A DNA stretch of 64,000 bases from an uncultured Ruficoccus sp. Its GTDB lineage: Bacteria > Verrucomicrobiota > Verrucomicrobiia > Opitutales > Cerasicoccaceae. Numbering within the stretch: position 1 is the stretch's first letter; every line of letters starts with the position of its first letter. This document shows positions 48,733 to 58,953 of the stretch, piece by piece. Position numbers and translations under genes: made by a program. The stretch covers positions 64,001 through 128,000 of the forward strand of contig OZ223521.1 of assembly GCA_965140785.1 (NCBI GenBank), read 5' to 3'. The notes beneath the pieces are model-generated. The model was not told the origin of the DNA. It was given only the letters and a program-made list of their open reading frames with translations, and searched no databases.

Positions 48733-51132
48733 ATGAAATTGAGCAAGCTAATTCTGTCACCGGGAAACCCTGACCTGGCCGGGATTGCCCGTCAGTATCC
48801 GTTAGAGGAGGCTGCCTGGATTTGGGCGGATGACGCCGGAGCTGTGCCGCCTGTGTTCGTTCGTTTTCGATTAAGCTTTATCTCTGACGGGACGCCGATC
48901 CGCATGCATGTGAGCGCAGACCAGCGCTATGAGATGACAGTGGACGGCGAGCATGTCTCCCGTGGTCCGGAGGCCGGAGACCCGCGGCATTGGGCATTCT
49001 CTTCCTATGAACTGGATTTGACTGAAGGAGAGCATGAGCTTTGTGCGCTTGTCTGGGCTATCGGCGGGCATGCGCCTCATGCCCACATGACGCATGAGCC
49101 CGGGTTTGTTCTCGCGGCAGAGGGGGAGTATGCTCAGGTGCTGGACACGGGGCTGGCACCCTGGACGGCCGAGGTGCTAGGGGGGATCAGCCTCCTGCCG
49201 GAGCGTAAAATGCCCGGCCCTCATTTTATCGGTTCGGCGGGGCAACTCGATGCGCGGGTATTTCAATGGGAGCCAGTGAATGAAAAACCGGCCGTAGTCG
49301 TGCAGCCCGCTCTGCCGGACTGGGGGTGGCGATGGGGACTGCGTATGAGTGAGCGGTGCGTGCGTCCGGCCATGCTGCCGGAGCAACGAGCCGAGACGGT
49401 CCGGCCCGGTCGTATTTGTGCGGTACTGTCTGATTCGGGCGAGCCGGGGACGTTTACTTTTGTGCCGCCGGAGGCCTGCAATGACCCGCGTGTGTCCCTG
49501 TTCGAGAGCTTACTGAACAAGGGGAGGACGGTTCACTTTGAACCCGGCGAATCTGTGGCTATTCTCTGGGATCTGGAGGATTATTACTGCGGATACCCGG
49601 TGCTGAGTGTGGCGGCGGGGAGGGACTCCTCCTTGACGGTTGAGTGGGCGGAGTCTTTGTTTGACGAGTTGGAGCCGGTGCCAGGGGCTGAGTCTGCGGC
49701 CAAGGGGCAGCGGGATGCTGTCGGTGGGAAGTACTTTCGGGGATTTGGAGATACCTATATTGCCGACGGAGAGGAGCGCGGCTGGCGTCACTTCTGGTGG
49801 CGCTCGGGGCGCTTTCTGATCTTGCGTGTCAAGGTCTCCACTGAACCACTTGAGTTGAGAGAGTGGTGTATTGAAAAAGTCGGTATGCCGTTGGAGTTTG
49901 AGGGCGGTTTTGAGGCTGATGCTGAGCTTCGTCATGTGCTCAGGATGTGTCAACGTGGGCTGGAAATGTGCGCTCACGAACACTTCGTGGATTGTCCCCA
50001 TTATGAGCAATTGATGTACCTGGGTGACAGCCGGGTGCAGGCCTTGTGCCTTTATGCCAGCGTGCGGGACGCCTCCCTGCAGCGGCGTTCTCTCGTACTC
50101 GCAGACTGGTCTCGAATGAAGCAGGAAGGCGGATGGACGCTCTGCCGTTATCCTGCCCGGGGGGATGCCTTGATTCCACCGTTTAGCCTGATCTGGATCG
50201 GTATGCTCCGCGACCACCTTGACTGGCGGGGGGAGGCTGACTTTGTACGGAGTCTGCTTCCGGGCGTCTGGGCGGTACTTCAGTGTTGCCAGCGCTACCT
50301 CGACAAAAACGGTTTGCTTGGCCAACTGCCCGGGTGGCCCTTTGTTGACTGGTCGCCTGAGTGGGACAATGGCGTGCCGCCGGGGGCGCTCGATGGTGCC
50401 TCATCGGTGGTTAACCTCCTCTACGCCTGGGCGCTTAAGCATGCGGTGTATTTGGCGACTCATTTAGGGGAGCCTGCACGCGCATCTATGCTAAGAGAGC
50501 GGCGGGCACATCTGCTGCATACGGTGCGTACGGTTTTCTGGGACGAAAATCGGGGCTTGATGGCCGACGATGAGCAACACCGCTCGTTCAGCCAGCATGG
50601 GCAGGTACTGGCGATCCTGAACCATGCGCTGGACAAGGAGCAAGCAGCCCGTGCCTGGCGAGGGTGCCGCGAAGAAGCTCTGCATGAAACTACGTTGTAC
50701 TTTCGGCATTATTTCTTTGAAGCCGCTTTTCTTCAACACGACCCCGAGGCTTTCTTCCGGGGCTTGAAGCCGTGGCACGACATGCTTGAGGCAGGGGCAT
50801 GCACGCCCTGGGAACGCCCGGAGCCGAGCCGGTCCGATTGTCATGGGTGGGGCAGCAATCCTCTGTTTTGGACTCGCGCCGGGCTGGCTGGAATTCGGCC
50901 GGCGGCCCCCGGTTTCAAATCCGTACGTGTCGCTCCTCAGCCCGGGCCATTGAATCGCCTGGAGGTAGCGATGCCACACCCGGCAGGCATGATCGAAGCG
51001 AAACTGACGTTCGCTGAGGGTGAATGCCGGGGCTCGATTGATCTGCCTGCCGATGTCAGTGGAACCTTTCATTGGCAGGGGCATCGTCAAGCTCTTCATG
51101 GCGGTCGAAACCCTTTATCTTTACCCATATAA
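48733..51132 (+). CDS. Alpha-L-rhamnosidase-like protein (GH78 family)
   Basis: HVSADQRY; DCPHYEQLMYLGD; WPFVDW; RSDCHGWGSNP; GIRPAAPGF. Confidence 0.85.
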   Translation: MKLSKLILSPGNPDLAGIARQYPLEEAAWIWADDAGAVPPVFVRFRLSFISDGTPIRMHVSADQRYEMTVDGEHVSRGPEAGDPRHWAFSSYELDLTEGEHELCALVWAIGGHAPHAHMTHEPGFVLAAEGEYAQVLDTGLAPWTAEVLGGISLLPERKMPGPHFIGSAGQLDARVFQWEPVNEKPAVVVQPALPDWGWRWGLRMSERCVRPAMLPEQRAETVRPGRICAVLSDSGEPGTFTFVPPEACNDPRVSLFESLLNKGRTVHFEPGESVAILWDLEDYYCGYPVLSVAAGRDSSLTVEWAESLFDELEPVPGAESAAKGQRDAVGGKYFRGFGDTYIADGEERGWRHFWWRSGRFLILRVKVSTEPLELREWCIEKVGMPLEFEGGFEADAELRHVLRMCQRGLEMCAHEHFVDCPHYEQLMYLGDSRVQALCLYASVRDASLQRRSLVLADWSRMKQEGGWTLCRYPARGDALIPPFSLIWIGMLRDHLDWRGEADFVRSLLPGVWAVLQCCQRYLDKNGLLGQLPGWPFVDWSPEWDNGVPPGALDGASSVVNLLYAWALKHAVYLATHLGEPARASMLRERRAHLLHTVRTVFWDENRGLMADDEQHRSFSQHGQVLAILNHALDKEQAARAWRGCREEALHETTLYFRHYFFEAAFLQHDPEAFFRGLKPWHDMLEAGACTPWERPEPSRSDCHGWGSNPLFWTRAGLAGIRPAAPGFKSVRVAPQPGPLNRLEVAMPHPAGMIEAKLTFAEGECRGSIDLPADVSGTFHWQGHRQALHGGRNPLSLPI

Positions 51133-51150
51133 CCTCATCCCTCATCTCCT

Positions 51151-54100
51151 ATGAAACTAGCAATGCTCTACATGTTGACCCTACTGGCCTTACTGATGAC
51201 CAGTGTTCGGACCTTTGCCTCGAACCAATACCGGGTATCCGAGGTCGACGGCGGTATGCCCTATCTGTTGCACCTGCCTGAGGTGTATGACGATAACCCG
51301 GACAAAGCTTACCCCGCCATCATTTTTCTGCATGGGTACGGTGAGCGATGCAACCCGAATAGCTATGGCACAACCAATGAACTATCCAGGCTGGAAAATG
51401 CGGGCGGGACAATACCCCGGCTTGTCCGCGATGGGTACCCCCTGAGTGCTGAGGTTAATGGCGAGACGGAGTACTTTGTCCTGATCTCCCCGCAAATCGC
51501 AACGGATCGTGGGCCGTGGGGAGCTGAGGATGTGATCGCATTGCTCGATGAGGTTTCGGCGGAGGTTCGCATCGACCCGGAACGCGTTTACCTGACAGGC
51601 TTCAGTTTCGGGGGGACAGGAGTGTGGAGCGTGCTCACCCAGTCGGCCAACGAGCCTAATCGGTTCGCGGGGGCGGCTCCGGTTCACGGGCGGTCAACCT
51701 CATTGAATAAGCATAAAAAAATCGCAGAGGATAATGTGCCGATTTGGGCTTTCACTGGCTTGAAGGATCCGACTGAGCATACACCCGAGCGAGTGCTTAT
51801 CGCCAACCGCGAGGTACTTGGCTATCTGCCGACAGCGGACAACCAGGCTAGCGCATACCCCGATGTTGCCCACTCCTGCGCACGTGCCTACAACACCGGC
51901 AATTTCTACGAATCGCCTAATCTTTACCAATGGTTCCTGCAGCACCGGCTACAGGAACCGGGGCTGGTCGAGCAGACCAACCTGGCCAACCGAAGCGAGA
52001 CGATTGTCACCGCCGGGGACGTGCAGGGGAACTATGGGGCGAACCGGGTGAAGAACAATACGGGTACGTTTTGGGGCTCCGATACGGATAATTATGATGA
52101 TAAATGGGTGATGCTCGATTTGGGGGAAATTGATATGGTGGACGCCGTCTATCTGCGTTTTGCCAGTTCGACAAACTCCTCGCTCAAACCGACTTCGCCG
52201 CATGGGGAGATCACTCGTGTCGAGGCTTCGCCCACGAGCGGGCGCATCCGGATTTACGCGCCGAATCATGCCCGGCGTAAGCAATCGTTACAAATTCCGG
52301 CTGACCTGATTTGGATCAAGGGGACGAGCGATTACAATGGCGGTCCCTTTGAGGTGATGGCGGTGAACAGCAAAAGCTCGGAAAACCCCAACGGATGGTT
52401 CGAGATTGAGGGTGATTTTGCGCAGACGAGCACGGGCACCTGGTACACACTCAACCAGACGACGGTAGCCTATCGCCTGGAATGCAGCGAAAATGGAAAT
52501 GACTGGACCGTGCTGGCCGAGGAGGATGATAACTACCAGTTCAACCGTCTCTATCGCTTTGAGGCCCGGCCGATGCGCTATGTGCGCCTGAGTATCCAGC
52601 GGCCCAACCGCATGGACCTGCCGGAGTTTGAGCACCTGTCCCGAATCTACGAGATCAAGGTGCTGGAAGCGCTGGCGGATCTGGACCCTCCCAGTGCCCC
52701 CTCGGCTCTCAACGTTTCGGACGTGACCTCCGGCGGGATGGCGCTGGACTGGACCGCGCCAACGGGCGGAGTCGTCGCGGGCTACCATGTTTACTGGAGC
52801 ACGGAAAACGTTCGGCCCGAATCACCGCAGGAGGATGTCGATAATACCAGTTGTGTCTTAACGGGACTGGATTCCGAGACGACCTATTACTTTTGGGTCA
52901 GTGCTTACAACTCTGGCGGGGAATCCGCCGCCATCAGCGGCTCGCAGACAACGCTCGCGCTACAGCCTCCGGTGGCACCGGAGGACTTGTCGGTCGTTGC
53001 TGCCACGGCGAGCAGCCTGACCCTGGCGTGGACGGATGCCGCTGACAACGAAGACAGCTACCGTGTCTACTGGAGCACAGAAAATGTCCGGCCCGCCTCT
53101 GCGCCGGCGACGCTCCCAGCTGGGTCAAACACTTACTATGTCGATGGGTTGACGGCTGAGACGAACTACTACTTTTGGGTGGTGGCGGTCAACGCCGAGG
53201 GTGAGTCCCCGCCGGCGACGCTGAGCGCCCAGACGCTGGAAGCGGCGGGCAGTATTGATGTCGGGCTTATCTCGCACTGGAAGTTTGACGAAAGCAGTGG
53301 AGCAACGGCATACGATACCTACGGGCTGGCCGACGGCACACTGACGGGAGACGCCACGCGTCTTTCGGCGGGCCTCTCGGGGGGCGGGGTTTCTCTGGAT
53401 GGGACCGATGACTGGGTGGAGGTTGACCACCAGGCTGAGTACAGCGGAGAGGCTTTCAGTATCTCCATGTGGATTCGTCCGGCGGCTATCGACTCGCAGC
53501 CGCGCGGGTTGATTTCCAAGCGCTCGGGTACGGCCAGCACCCAGCGGACTTTCAGTATCTTCAGCTATGCGAGGGGACAGTTGTACATCGACATCGGACC
53601 GTCCCGTATCGTGAGTGGCTACTTTCTGGAGGCGCTTACGGAGTGGCAGCATCTGGTACTGGTCTTTGATGGCTCCGTCAGTTCCGATAATGTGCACCTT
53701 TACATGAACGGGACGCTGGTCGGCACCTATACAATCTCGGTTACGGAAATGCCCTCAATTGACTGCCCATTGACCATCGGCACGCTGAACAAGGACTACG
53801 GCGACTCATTTAACGGGGACATTGACGAAGTGCGTCTGTATGGGCGTGTGCTGGTCTCTAGCGAGGTCGCTTACCTGTACGCAAATGAACCGGAAGCCGC
53901 CTCTGGGGAAGTGCCAGCCAATTATGCCGAGTGGGTGGCGCAAACCTTGGATGGCGCAACGGCACAGGAGCAGGCTCCCTCCGCTGACCCAGACGGGGAT
54001 GGAATTGTGAACCTGAACGAGTTTGCGTTGGGTGGCGATCCTACGACTGGGGACCCGTTCACGCATCCGGTTTCGACGTTGGTCGAAGTTAACGGCGTGC

Positions 54101-54414
54101 GCTATCTGGAGGTTAGCCACCGCCGTCGTTGTGGCGGGACGGGTGACAGCGTGTCCGGGTATTCGGTCGGCGATCTGTATTACCGTGTCGAAGTGACTGA
54201 TGACCTGGGAGCGGAGATATGGGAGAGTGGCAGTGAGTGGTTTGAACAGATCGGTACCCCGGTGGACAACGGTGATGGCACGGAAACGGTGACCCTTCGG
54301 CTGAAATTACCCGTTTTCGGTCAGACCGTGTATTATGTGCATCTGTACGTTAATAACGACTCATCGACGAGTGCTGCTTCCTTTCAGATCGTCGAGAATC
54401 GCCCAGAGAAGTAG
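51151..54414 (+). CDS. Secreted multidomain alpha/beta-hydrolase (esterase-like) + discoidin + 2x FN3 + LamG + verrucomicrobial C-terminal domain
   Basis: IFLHGYGE; YLTGFSFGG (G-x-S-x-G); WVMLDLG...RYVRL; two YWSTENVRP FN3 repeats; HWKFDE...FNGDIDEVRLY (LamG); DPDGDGIVNLNEFALGGDP. Confidence 0.82.
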   Translation: MKLAMLYMLTLLALLMTSVRTFASNQYRVSEVDGGMPYLLHLPEVYDDNPDKAYPAIIFLHGYGERCNPNSYGTTNELSRLENAGGTIPRLVRDGYPLSAEVNGETEYFVLISPQIATDRGPWGAEDVIALLDEVSAEVRIDPERVYLTGFSFGGTGVWSVLTQSANEPNRFAGAAPVHGRSTSLNKHKKIAEDNVPIWAFTGLKDPTEHTPERVLIANREVLGYLPTADNQASAYPDVAHSCARAYNTGNFYESPNLYQWFLQHRLQEPGLVEQTNLANRSETIVTAGDVQGNYGANRVKNNTGTFWGSDTDNYDDKWVMLDLGEIDMVDAVYLRFASSTNSSLKPTSPHGEITRVEASPTSGRIRIYAPNHARRKQSLQIPADLIWIKGTSDYNGGPFEVMAVNSKSSENPNGWFEIEGDFAQTSTGTWYTLNQTTVAYRLECSENGNDWTVLAEEDDNYQFNRLYRFEARPMRYVRLSIQRPNRMDLPEFEHLSRIYEIKVLEALADLDPPSAPSALNVSDVTSGGMALDWTAPTGGVVAGYHVYWSTENVRPESPQEDVDNTSCVLTGLDSETTYYFWVSAYNSGGESAAISGSQTTLALQPPVAPEDLSVVAATASSLTLAWTDAADNEDSYRVYWSTENVRPASAPATLPAGSNTYYVDGLTAETNYYFWVVAVNAEGESPPATLSAQTLEAAGSIDVGLISHWKFDESSGATAYDTYGLADGTLTGDATRLSAGLSGGGVSLDGTDDWVEVDHQAEYSGEAFSISMWIRPAAIDSQPRGLISKRSGTASTQRTFSIFSYARGQLYIDIGPSRIVSGYFLEALTEWQHLVLVFDGSVSSDNVHLYMNGTLVGTYTISVTEMPSIDCPLTIGTLNKDYGDSFNGDIDEVRLYGRVLVSSEVAYLYANEPEAASGEVPANYAEWVAQTLDGATAQEQAPSADPDGDGIVNLNEFALGGDPTTGDPFTHPVSTLVEVNGVRYLEVSHRRRCGGTGDSVSGYSVGDLYYRVEVTDDLGAEIWESGSEWFEQIGTPVDNGDGTETVTLRLKLPVFGQTVYYVHLYVNNDSSTSAASFQIVENRPEK

Positions 54415-54463
54415 CGGCTGGGCATCACATGGAAAGGGGCTGGGGTATTCTCTATGGCCGGAA

Positions 54464-54504
54464 TCACGCACGGCGGGCGGTCAGGTGCTGCTTGCCGTGT
54501 GTGA
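54464..54504 (+). other. Intergenic RNA stem-loop
   Basis: TCACGCACGGCGGGCGG-TCAGGTG-CTGCTTGCCGTGTGTGA: 17-bp stem with four G.U pairs, no U tract. Confidence 0.6.
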
Positions 54505-54621
54505 CAAACCGGTCTACTATTGAGGGGATGGGGCTTGGCAGGGCTTGAAGAATTATACCTAATTCCATCAGCTCGGATGCAACACGTAGAGGCGTGTTTG
54601 ACTCTGGGCTTTACCCAGCCT

Positions 54622-55551
54622 ATGCCACAGTCTTTTTCCATACGCCCGATGTGCCTTGCCCTGTACCTGTGTGTACTGGCCGCACTATCTGGTTGCTCCC
54701 GTCAGAAAGAGGAGCCCGCCTCGGCCGTTGAGCAGATCGAGGCGGGGGTCGATTTACTGCGCATTTTTAATTTTAAGGAGGCTTACGACGTGCTGTCCAG
54801 TGTCCAGCCGCAGTTGAGTGAGGAAGATGAGCAATGGCCGTTGGCAACGTACTCGCTGGGGGTGGCTGCCTGGCAGATGGCTCCGCCGAGGCAAGAGCGG
54901 ATCAAGCAGGCGCAGGAACTTTTCGAAGCCGTGATATCCCATGACGCAGACTCGGAGTTCGCGTCTGCCGCGATGCTTGACTTGGGGCGGATTGCCGAAG
55001 TGTCCGACTATCTCGGCGACCCCACGGACGTTCCTCTGGCTCAGAGCTACTATCAGAAGGTGAGGGACGAGTTCCCCGGTACGGATATGGCCACCCGGGC
55101 GACTCTCTATCTGGCTCAGACCTGGGCGCAGACATTTGATCCGGGGCAGGTTCAGGCTGCCGTCGAGCTACTGGAGTCAGAAATGAGCGCGGAACCCGAC
55201 AGCCCATGGATGGGAGTTCTGGCTCAGTATACTGCGCAACTGTACGCCTTTTACCTGGATCGCCCTGATGAGGCGGTTGATATTTACCTGAAGGCGGTCG
55301 AGGCAGGGCTCCCCCGTCCTGCCGATGCTGATGTTTCTCTCTGGCAACTGGGGTTGCTGGCGGAAAAGGCCGGGCGGGATAAAATCGCGGCTGAAGTCTT
55401 TGCCCGGATGGTTCGTGAATATCCGCGCAGCATTTACCGGACCATGGCTTATGAGAGAGCCATGGCGCTGGTCCGGAAGCATCCAGAATTTCAGCTGGCA
55501 TTACCCGAAGTTTCGGTAACGGAAATGAGCGGAGGGGGACAATCGCGATGA
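54622..55551 (+). CDS. TPR-containing lipoprotein
   Basis: Lipobox LSGC; helical repeats (YQKVRDEFPG, FARMVREYPRS); ATGA-coupled to the downstream binding protein. Start uncertain. Confidence 0.75.
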   Translation: MPQSFSIRPMCLALYLCVLAALSGCSRQKEEPASAVEQIEAGVDLLRIFNFKEAYDVLSSVQPQLSEEDEQWPLATYSLGVAAWQMAPPRQERIKQAQELFEAVISHDADSEFASAAMLDLGRIAEVSDYLGDPTDVPLAQSYYQKVRDEFPGTDMATRATLYLAQTWAQTFDPGQVQAAVELLESEMSAEPDSPWMGVLAQYTAQLYAFYLDRPDEAVDIYLKAVEAGLPRPADADVSLWQLGLLAEKAGRDKIAAEVFARMVREYPRSIYRTMAYERAMALVRKHPEFQLALPEVSVTEMSGGGQSR

Positions 55552-57392
55552 GTAAGCGTAGAGCGAAATTTGATACCAGGTGGATCTCGGCCGGTATTTT
55601 ACTGGTGGCGTTTATCTACAGTGCGGTGCGTTTCTTTATCGTTTCCCATCAGCTCAACAGCGTGGAATCAGATGACAGTGGCCAAAAGACGATTCGCATT
55701 GCGCATTGGCTGCTTGAGCCTGGCGTAAGCGAGAGCCTGCAGTGGGCGATCGACGAGTATGAGCAACTGCCACACGTGAAGGCGGCAAACGTCAAAATTA
55801 TTCAGGTTCCAATTTCGGAGCGGTTTTTCAACCAGTTCATGAATGTGCACCTGATCAGCGGGACGGCACCGGATATCGCGATCAAAGGCCAGACGGAGTT
55901 GATCAAGGGCAACGCTCTGGCAAAATTCTATACTCCCATCAGCAGCTACATTGGCGATCCCAATCCCTACAACGCGCCCGAGTACCAAGAGCCCGGACTG
56001 CCCGAGGATCTTTCCAGATTTCTGGCCGAGAGCCCTTGGAAAGACACCTTCTTTGACGGACTGCAAGGGGGTTATGAAGAATTGCTGAGCGACTATTACG
56101 CAATTCCCATTTCCACCTGGGGTGGCTTTCGGGTCATTTACAACCTGAGCATGCTGGCTAATGTCAAGGACTTCGCCCGGGAGCAGGCCACGGTGCAGCC
56201 CGAACCGGAGTGGATGACAAAGATGTGGCGTGTGCCCGGTGAGAATAAAGGCTTCCTACCCAAGGAGGAGGCGTTGTCTTGGCTGAAGACGGACAGCATC
56301 CCGCAGACGTTGGGGGAATTCATTTTTTACTGCGAAGCAGTCAAGGCCTATGCGGAGGCAACCGGGGAGCCGCACCTGTACCCGATCGCGGGCAGCAGCT
56401 ATTTCGGCAATAACCTCATGCGTCAGTACGAGCGAGAGTTCCTCTCCGACTATTGGGATAAGTTAGACTTTGAGCCTGGGACGAAGCTCCATCCGATGGA
56501 AATGATGGAGGGCTATGAGGAAGGAAAGTGGAGCATGCAGTCGGCGGACATTCGCGCTTATTTCGAATTCCTGAGGACTCTGACCTCATACTACCCAAAC
56601 GGCTTTATGGGGATGGACCGCGAGCAGGCCCAACGGCGTTTCGTGCTCGGCCAGTCTGCCATCATCAGCACGGGAGCCTGGGACGCGCAGAGCATTTACT
56701 CGGGTGTCGCCTCACGGGATGACCCGGCGGACCGCTTCGATATCGGGATCGCCCTCAAGCCGTTGCCGTCAGCCGGTGAGCGGTGGAGTGATATCTTGCG
56801 CATGCGCGTTTCTGAGGCAGATGCCAAGGGGCAGGTGCCCTTTGCCATCAACAAGCAGTCACCGCATTTTGAGTGGGCACTGGACTTTCTCAAGTTCCTT
56901 TCTTCGCACCGTATTAACGAGGAGTTTAACGAGCGTGCCGGACGGCTGCCAGTGGTGATCGGAGCCAAGCCCCCGGAGATGGTGAAGGCTTTTCAACCCA
57001 CGGCGGAGGGGATTCCCCAGTGGTTTGCGATGAGCTTTGGGAGCCCCGGATTACCGCCGACGGTCAAGTCTGTGTGGTCGTCCATGACGAAACTCTACAT
57101 GACCGGGGACGTTGATTATGACGAGGTAGCAACGAGCATTGATGACGTTTTGCGCAATCCAAGGATTGGGATCCAGCGGGCCTGGGTAACCTCACTGCTG
57201 ACTGAGCAGGACAAATCCCGTGCGAATGACCGGGCGGTCTCGGTGGAGAGGCTCAATGCGATTCTGGGCTCGGAAGAGGCTGCCAAGCGCGAGCGCTCGT
57301 TGATGTACCTCGGGCTGATTGAAGACGAAGGCGTCCAACTGCGGCATTGGTGGCACATGACGCACGAGGGGCAGCCCTATCCTGCCTATTAG
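55548..57392 (+). CDS. Carbohydrate ABC transporter solute-binding protein (N-terminal TM anchor)
   Basis: TIRIAHW; LISGTAPDI; YYAIP; AQRRFVLGQSAIISTGAWD; ALDFLKFLSS. Confidence 0.85.
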   Translation: MSKRRAKFDTRWISAGILLVAFIYSAVRFFIVSHQLNSVESDDSGQKTIRIAHWLLEPGVSESLQWAIDEYEQLPHVKAANVKIIQVPISERFFNQFMNVHLISGTAPDIAIKGQTELIKGNALAKFYTPISSYIGDPNPYNAPEYQEPGLPEDLSRFLAESPWKDTFFDGLQGGYEELLSDYYAIPISTWGGFRVIYNLSMLANVKDFAREQATVQPEPEWMTKMWRVPGENKGFLPKEEALSWLKTDSIPQTLGEFIFYCEAVKAYAEATGEPHLYPIAGSSYFGNNLMRQYEREFLSDYWDKLDFEPGTKLHPMEMMEGYEEGKWSMQSADIRAYFEFLRTLTSYYPNGFMGMDREQAQRRFVLGQSAIISTGAWDAQSIYSGVASRDDPADRFDIGIALKPLPSAGERWSDILRMRVSEADAKGQVPFAINKQSPHFEWALDFLKFLSSHRINEEFNERAGRLPVVIGAKPPEMVKAFQPTAEGIPQWFAMSFGSPGLPPTVKSVWSSMTKLYMTGDVDYDEVATSIDDVLRNPRIGIQRAWVTSLLTEQDKSRANDRAVSVERLNAILGSEEAAKRERSLMYLGLIEDEGVQLRHWWHMTHEGQPYPAY

Positions 57393-57431
57393 AAACGACG
57401 GAAAATATCGAATCACACCTTTAATACGAAA

Positions 57432-58928
57432 ATGCTTAAACAGAGCACACAGGGGCAGGATCAACTGCGTCGAAGCCGCTTGCGCCAGAAGTTTTTCGAG
57501 CGTGGAAAGCTGTATCTGGCTTTGTATGCGCTTATTTTACCGACGACTCTTTCGCTGCTTATTTTCAGTTATTACCCAAAGGTCGATGTGCTGTTCATGT
57601 CGTTCTTTCGCTGGGAGCCGCCCTCGGTCAAAGACTATATCGGACTGCGGAATTTTGTGACGGCCTTTAATGACCCGCTTTTCTGGCAGTCGTTTAAATT
57701 GGTGGGTATATTGCTGGTGGCTAACCTGATCAAGTTGTGGCCCGGCATCTTGGCGGCAATTGCGCTGAACCGTGTAAAAAGCGACCGTTTGCGCTATTTT
57801 ATCCAAGTTTGTTTCGTGGTGCCGATGATCATTCCGAGCATGGTGTTCCTGCTTATCTGGAAGAACTTCTATGACCCGGACTTCGGTCTGGTGAACCGTC
57901 TGCTCAACGCGACCGGAGGAATGGAAATTCTCAACTGGATGGATACGGTGATGCCGGCCTTTGCCCAGTGGCTAAGTCCCTTTGAGGCGCATTTTCTGAC
58001 GCCGGTGTTCGGGGGAATCGGCGGTCCCATTATCCTGGGGGCAATGGTGATGGCCGCCGGGGCCAGGCGCGAGTATAGCCAGCGTCGTTGGGGCGACTAC
58101 GGCATGTTAATGGCCGGTGCGGTTCTGTTTCCGGCGGCGAGTATTTTTGGCCTCCAGGCGCAGCCAACCATGGGACTCGTGCTCGTGGTAAGTGTGCTGG
58201 CTGTTGCCTGGATGGTTCTTTGCTCCCGCAGACTGGGCAATGCCTGGATAACCTGGCCGTTTCTGATTTTGGCTGGGATCGTTGTCTTTTGGCATGAGCT
58301 CTGGCGTATGCCAGTTACCCTGCTTGCCGCATTGGCTTTGGTGGAGTTAGTGCAGATGAGAAAGGATGAGTATCAGGCGCGTTTTGTCTTCCGGGCTATC
58401 ATGCTGGGACTGGTTGGGCTGGGTGTGTTTTTCGTCCTGTTCGGGACCATATGGACGGACCCGATCGGACAATTCGCGGGCGGGTCACCAGCCTGGTTGG
58501 GGAATCGAGACCTAGTAATCCCGGCGATTATTTTCTGGGGCTTTCCGTGGGTCGGGTCCGTTGGGGTGCTGATCTATCTGTCCGGGCTGCAGAATATCCC
58601 GCAGGATGTATACGAGGCGGCACGTCTGGATGGTGTCAGCCCGATCGGGATGATCTTTCGCATTGAGCTCCCCTTGATCATGACGCAGATCCGGATCAAT
58701 CTCATTTTTATGACCATTGGTACGCTGAGCGCGTACGAGATATTTCTTATTCTTCTGGGACCTTATGGGGGCCCCGGGAACAAGGGGATGGTGCCGGGGC
58801 TGTACATGTTCAGCTCGGCTTTTAACGAAGGTCACTTCGGCTATGCGTGTGCGTTGGGGATGGTGCTTTTTATAATCATTCTGCTGCTGACCATCGTCTA
58901 CCAGAAGTACGTTAAAGTGGATAAATAA
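57432..58928 (+). CDS. Carbohydrate ABC transporter permease (CUT1, MalF-like) with a long internal hydrophobic insertion
   Basis: YIGLRNF...DPLFW; IYLSGLQNIPQDVYEAARLDG (EAA motif); FGYACALG; 498 aa. Confidence 0.9.
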   Translation: MLKQSTQGQDQLRRSRLRQKFFERGKLYLALYALILPTTLSLLIFSYYPKVDVLFMSFFRWEPPSVKDYIGLRNFVTAFNDPLFWQSFKLVGILLVANLIKLWPGILAAIALNRVKSDRLRYFIQVCFVVPMIIPSMVFLLIWKNFYDPDFGLVNRLLNATGGMEILNWMDTVMPAFAQWLSPFEAHFLTPVFGGIGGPIILGAMVMAAGARREYSQRRWGDYGMLMAGAVLFPAASIFGLQAQPTMGLVLVVSVLAVAWMVLCSRRLGNAWITWPFLILAGIVVFWHELWRMPVTLLAALALVELVQMRKDEYQARFVFRAIMLGLVGLGVFFVLFGTIWTDPIGQFAGGSPAWLGNRDLVIPAIIFWGFPWVGSVGVLIYLSGLQNIPQDVYEAARLDGVSPIGMIFRIELPLIMTQIRINLIFMTIGTLSAYEIFLILLGPYGGPGNKGMVPGLYMFSSAFNEGHFGYACALGMVLFIIILLLTIVYQKYVKVDK

Positions 58929-58953
58929 AGGGGTAAACGGAGCCGATAATACG

